Shown here in pieces: positions 28,597 to 32,000 of a DNA stretch of 32,000 bases (position 1 is the stretch's first letter; the number at the start of each line of letters is the position of its first letter). The stretch comes from Aquifex aeolicus VF5 (GTDB lineage Bacteria; Aquificota; Aquificia; Aquificales; Aquificaceae), in the NCBI RefSeq assembly GCF_000008625.1, contig NC_000918.1, positions 60,001 through 92,000 on the forward strand, written 5' to 3'. A program made the position numbers and the translations under genes. A model generated the notes under the pieces. That model was not told where the DNA came from and ran no database searches. It was given only the letters and a program-made list of their open reading frames with translations.

Positions 28597-29546
28597 AAAT
28601 ACTTATCTGGCAGACTGCATACCTCGGGGACGTGGTTCTCGCCACGCCCCTCATACAAACCCTTAAAAAAAACTTTCCGGACGCAAAAATAGGCTTTGTG
28701 GGAAGACCCTTTATTAAAGAACTTTTTAAAGACGAAGAAGTAGAATTAATTCCCTATTCAAAAAAGTTCAAAGAAAGCTTTACGGTAATAAGGAAGATAA
28801 AAAATTACGACGTAGTGATCTCACCCCACCGTTCCATGAGAACAGCCCTAATACTCTTTTTTTCAGGAATTAAAGAGAGGATAGGTTTTGACAGGTCAGA
28901 TCTTCCCTTTTTGTACACAAAACTCGTGCCCCATCGCTGGGAACTCCACGAAGTAGACAGAAATTTAGAACTTTTAAAACCATTAGGAGTAAAGGAATTT
29001 ATTAGAGAGACAAAACTCAAAATGAAAGAAGAAGAGTACAGGAAAATCCTAAATAAATTCAACTTAAAGGAAAAAAAGTACATTGTTATTTCACCCTTTT
29101 CAAACTTCCCGTTAAAGGAGTGGAGCTTAAAAAACTGGAAGGAGTTGGTAAGGAAACTAAACACTCCCGTCGTAATCACGGGAACGAAAGAGGACGAAGA
29201 GAGGAGTAAAGAAATAGATGGAAAGAATGTAGTAAACCTCGTGGGGAAGACTTCTCTCAGGGAGTTTATGGGAGTTTTGAAAGGAGCAAAATTCGCGATT
29301 TCCAACGATTCCTCGGCAGTTCACGTGGCAAACGCCTTCAGAGTTCCCGCACTCACGATTTACACGGCAACTTCACCCAAGTACGGTTTTTACCCTTTAA
29401 TAGGTGAATACATACAAAACCCCGCTCCCTGCTCACCCTGTTCTCCCAACCCTAAAAAGTGCAAAACGGGAACTAAAGAGTGCCTTTACTTTCCTGAGCC
29501 CGATTACGTTCTGGAAAAGGCAATACCTTATATTAAAGACTTATGA
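28593..29546 (+). CDS. LPS heptosyltransferase (glycosyltransferase family 9)
   Basis: MKILIWQTAYLGDVVLATPLIQTLKKNFPDAKIGFVGRP; FAISNDSSAVHVANAFRVPALTIYTATSPKYGFYP. Confidence 0.9.
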   Translation: MKILIWQTAYLGDVVLATPLIQTLKKNFPDAKIGFVGRPFIKELFKDEEVELIPYSKKFKESFTVIRKIKNYDVVISPHRSMRTALILFFSGIKERIGFDRSDLPFLYTKLVPHRWELHEVDRNLELLKPLGVKEFIRETKLKMKEEEYRKILNKFNLKEKKYIVISPFSNFPLKEWSLKNWKELVRKLNTPVVITGTKEDEERSKEIDGKNVVNLVGKTSLREFMGVLKGAKFAISNDSSAVHVANAFRVPALTIYTATSPKYGFYPLIGEYIQNPAPCSPCSPNPKKCKTGTKECLYFPEPDYVLEKAIPYIKDL

Positions 29547-30421
29547 TTTCAGCGTTTGTTGTTACGGGATTTCTCGGAAGCGGTAAGACGAGTCTGATAA
29601 TAAACTCCGTAAAGGAGCACCTTAAAGATAAAAAGGTCGCGATAGTTGTAAACGAGTTCGGAGAGGTAGGAGTAGACGGAAAGATACTTAAAAACGTTTA
29701 CTCCGAAGTTCTGGAGCTTTCCGAAGGCTGTATTTGTTGCAAACTGAGTGCGGAATTTGAGAGTTCGGTCCGGAGGCTCATTCAGGACTACAACCCGGAA
29801 GTTCTTATCGTAGAGACCTCCGGCGTAGCGGAGCCGTTTCCCATAGTGTTCAGTTTAAAGACTCTAGGGCTCTTCGTGGACGGAGTTATATGCGTTATTG
29901 ACTCTAAAAACTTTCCGAAGTACAAAGAGGACGACACCGCAAAGTACCAGCTCGCAACCTCAAACGTAGTCGTTTTAAACAAGACAGATTTAGTTTCAAA
30001 GGAAGAGCTGGAGAAAGTAAAGGAAGAAGTGAAAAAGATAAAGGAAAAGTACAAAGTGGTGAACATGTTCTCCCCGGAAGAGAAGGAAAGCTTTTACAAA
30101 ATTTACGAAGCTACTTATGGAAAAGTTCCAGCGGAAGTATTCAAAGGTGTCGGAAAACCCGTAGAGCTAAAGGAACACCTTCACTTTCACTCCCATGACA
30201 GCAGAAAGGAAGAAGTTGTAACCTTTGACAGAGAACTTACGGAAGAAGAACTCGTGAACTTCCTGAAAAACCTGCCAAAGGAAGTTATACGTGCAAAGGG
30301 AATTGTTAAGTTAAAGGACTACCCCTTTCCCGTATTCGTCCACTACGTCTTCGGAGATTACGACTACGGAATGCCCGCGGAAAATTACGAAGGAGAGTCT
30401 TTCTTGGTTCTAATAAGATGA
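29543..30421 (+). CDS. CobW-family GTP-dependent metallochaperone-like protein
   Basis: VTGFLGSGKTSLI (P-loop), VNEFGEVGVDG, GCICCKL (CxCC), ETSGVAEP, VVLNKTDLV. Confidence 0.93.
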   Translation: MISAFVVTGFLGSGKTSLIINSVKEHLKDKKVAIVVNEFGEVGVDGKILKNVYSEVLELSEGCICCKLSAEFESSVRRLIQDYNPEVLIVETSGVAEPFPIVFSLKTLGLFVDGVICVIDSKNFPKYKEDDTAKYQLATSNVVVLNKTDLVSKEELEKVKEEVKKIKEKYKVVNMFSPEEKESFYKIYEATYGKVPAEVFKGVGKPVELKEHLHFHSHDSRKEEVVTFDRELTEEELVNFLKNLPKEVIRAKGIVKLKDYPFPVFVHYVFGDYDYGMPAENYEGESFLVLIR

Positions 30422-31077
30422 TTGATGTAAGGAAGTACATAGACAACGCAGCCCTGAAACCTCACCTCTCTGAAAAAGAAATCGAAGAATTCGTCCTAAA
30501 GTCTGAAGAACTCGGGATTTACGCTGTGTGTGTAAACCCGTACCATGTGAAGCTCGCAAGTTCAATAGCAAAGAAAGTAAAAGTCTGCTGTGTGATAGGC
30601 TTTCCTTTAGGACTTAACAAAACTTCCGTTAAAGTAAAAGAAGCGGTAGAAGCCGTAAGAGACGGTGCACAGGAACTCGATATCGTGTGGAACCTTTCGG
30701 CTTTCAAAAGCGAGAAGTACGATTTCGTGGTGGAAGAATTAAAGGAAATTTTTAGGGAAACTCCTTCAGCAGTTCACAAGGTAATCGTTGAGACACCTTA
30801 CTTAAACGAGGAAGAAATAAAGAAAGCGGTGGAAATCTGTATTGAAGCAGGAGCGGACTTTATAAAGACCTCAACGGGCTTTGCACCGAGGGGAACAACA
30901 CTCGAAGAGGTAAGACTGATTAAAAGTAGCGCGAAAGGCAGGATTAAGGTAAAAGCTTCGGGAGGGATAAGGGATTTGGAAACGGCAATATCTATGATAG
31001 AGGCGGGGGCGGACAGGATAGGCACGAGCAGCGGTATAAGCATAGCCGAAGAATTTTTAAAACGACATTTGATATAA
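30418..31077 (+). CDS. deoC: Deoxyribose-phosphate aldolase
   Basis: YIDNAALKPHL, VCCVIGFPLGLNKTSVKVKEA, DIVWNLSAFKS, ADFIKTSTGFAPRGTTLEEV, KVKASGGIRD. Confidence 0.95.
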   Translation: MIDVRKYIDNAALKPHLSEKEIEEFVLKSEELGIYAVCVNPYHVKLASSIAKKVKVCCVIGFPLGLNKTSVKVKEAVEAVRDGAQELDIVWNLSAFKSEKYDFVVEELKEIFRETPSAVHKVIVETPYLNEEEIKKAVEICIEAGADFIKTSTGFAPRGTTLEEVRLIKSSAKGRIKVKASGGIRDLETAISMIEAGADRIGTSSGISIAEEFLKRHLI

Positions 31078-31084
31078 TGTCCCT

Positions 31085-31864
31085 ATGGCGGACAAGAAGT
31101 GGAAAACGGCAATATCTACCCACGTAAATCACGAGCCCTATGTAAGGGGATACAGACTCCTTGACCTTGTAGGAAACCTCACCTTCTCGGAAGCAATATA
31201 TCTCCTCCTCAAGGGAGAACTCCCCTCGGAAGCAGAAGCTAAAATGATGGACGCCATTTTTGTCTCCGTAATTGAACACAGCATAGCACCCCCTTCCGTA
31301 ATAGCCACGCGTGCGGTTATAAGCGGTGGAAACTCTCTGAACGTGGGAGTCGGTGCTGGAGTTCTGGCTTTCGGTAGTGCCCACGGTGGAGCCCTTGAAG
31401 ACGCAATGAAGTTCATGCAGGAAGGAGTAAAGAGCAACAGACCTGTTGAAGAAATAGTAAAGGAGTACTTATCCCAGAAAAAGCCAATACCCGGTTACGG
31501 ACACAGGTACTACAAGGAGTTTGACCCAAGAACGAAGAGATTATTTGAACTTGCGGAAAAGTACGGTTTTTGCAAGGAACACTGCGAATTTGCAAAGAAA
31601 GTAGAAGAAGAGATATACAAACAGAAAGGAAAGAGAATAGTCCTGAACGTTGACGGTGCCATAGCAGCTATAACTTCCGATATGGGCTTCGACTGGAGGC
31701 TCGGTAAAGGATTTTTCATAATCGGAAGAGTGCCCGGACTCGTGGCCCACGCTTACGAAGAATTAACGCAGGAGAAACCCTTCTCCAAGAGACTTTCCGA
31801 AGAGGAGTATGAATACACCGGAGTTGAACCGAGGGAACTCCCGCCCGAAAGGAAGAAGGTATGA
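31085..31864 (+). CDS. ccl: Citryl-CoA lyase (small citrate-synthase-fold protein of the reductive TCA cycle)
   Basis: 259 aa; GAGVLAFGSAHGGALEDAM, PIPGYGHRYYKEFDPRTKRL, NVDGAIAAITSDMGFDWRLGKGFFIIGRVPGLVAH. Citrate synthase large-domain catalytic motifs without the full-length N-terminal domain. Confidence 0.85.
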   Translation: MADKKWKTAISTHVNHEPYVRGYRLLDLVGNLTFSEAIYLLLKGELPSEAEAKMMDAIFVSVIEHSIAPPSVIATRAVISGGNSLNVGVGAGVLAFGSAHGGALEDAMKFMQEGVKSNRPVEEIVKEYLSQKKPIPGYGHRYYKEFDPRTKRLFELAEKYGFCKEHCEFAKKVEEEIYKQKGKRIVLNVDGAIAAITSDMGFDWRLGKGFFIIGRVPGLVAHAYEELTQEKPFSKRLSEEEYEYTGVEPRELPPERKKV

Positions 31865-32000
31865 AAAGGCTTCTCCCCGTCTTCCTCGCCCTTATACTCT
31901 TCGGTTTGTTAGTTTACATAGGACTAAATCAGGATAAACACGATCACTACACAATCACAACCCAGAAAGGTCAGAAAATCCCAAACGTTACCTTAACAAC
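31861..32000 (+). CDS. Membrane-anchored thioredoxin-like/cytochrome-biogenesis-type protein, truncated by window edge
   Basis: ATG 31861 (ATGA overlap with the previous stop) reads MKRLLPVFLALILFGLLVYIGLNQDKHDHYTITTQKGQKIPNVTLTT and is open at 32000. N-terminal anchor then the start of an AhpC/TlpA-like domain; too short to be sure. Confidence 0.5.
   Translation, partial: MKRLLPVFLALILFGLLVYIGLNQDKHDHYTITTQKGQKIPNVTLT

Noticed and set aside
28805-29305. 166-aa minus-strand ORF opposite the heptosyltransferase
   Set aside because: Antisense to a clear GT9 protein; no RBS.

Overview
This window is a densely packed, AT-leaning chromosomal segment. Its protein sequences match what I recognise as Aquifex aeolicus or a very close Aquificales relative. 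That attribution is from memory of protein families, not a database search. It is mostly housekeeping: nrdA 5' end, APC-like permease, secG, prmC, CNNM/CorC-type DUF21-CBS protein, nitrilase-like, two geranylgeranyl-reductase-like flavoproteins, rbfA, a thioredoxin-like [2Fe-2S] ferredoxin, hfq, glnB-glnA-amtB plus an outer-membrane beta-barrel gene, DUF458, a MopB-like oxidoreductase, pgk, tal, hisS, rpsP, a KH-domain protein, TauE/SafE, MATE, ribH, nusB, a SLOG/TIGR00725-like protein, an NDUFA9-like SDR, a cytochrome c peroxidase, ribD, ribF, HIT, a heptosyltransferase, a CobW GTPase, deoC, and a citrate-synthase-fold citryl-CoA lyase. I see no CRISPR array, prophage, transposon, tRNA or rRNA, and no convincing defence system. 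The best leads are: (1) the ferredoxin gene at 6569-6903 is split by an apparent 1-nt deletion, so the ORF track shows only its C-terminal half; (2) a near-perfect sigma-54 promoter precedes glnB, with tandem/palindromic operator-like repeats just upstream and a very short predicted leader; (3) an intercistronic hairpin lies between glnA and amtB, and an outer-membrane barrel gene is appended to the nitrogen operon; (4) a short MopB-family protein without a recognisable Mo-ligand motif is translationally coupled to a small cysteine-rich orphan protein; (5) an N-terminally missing Uma2-like fragment lies in frame behind the DUF458 stop codon.
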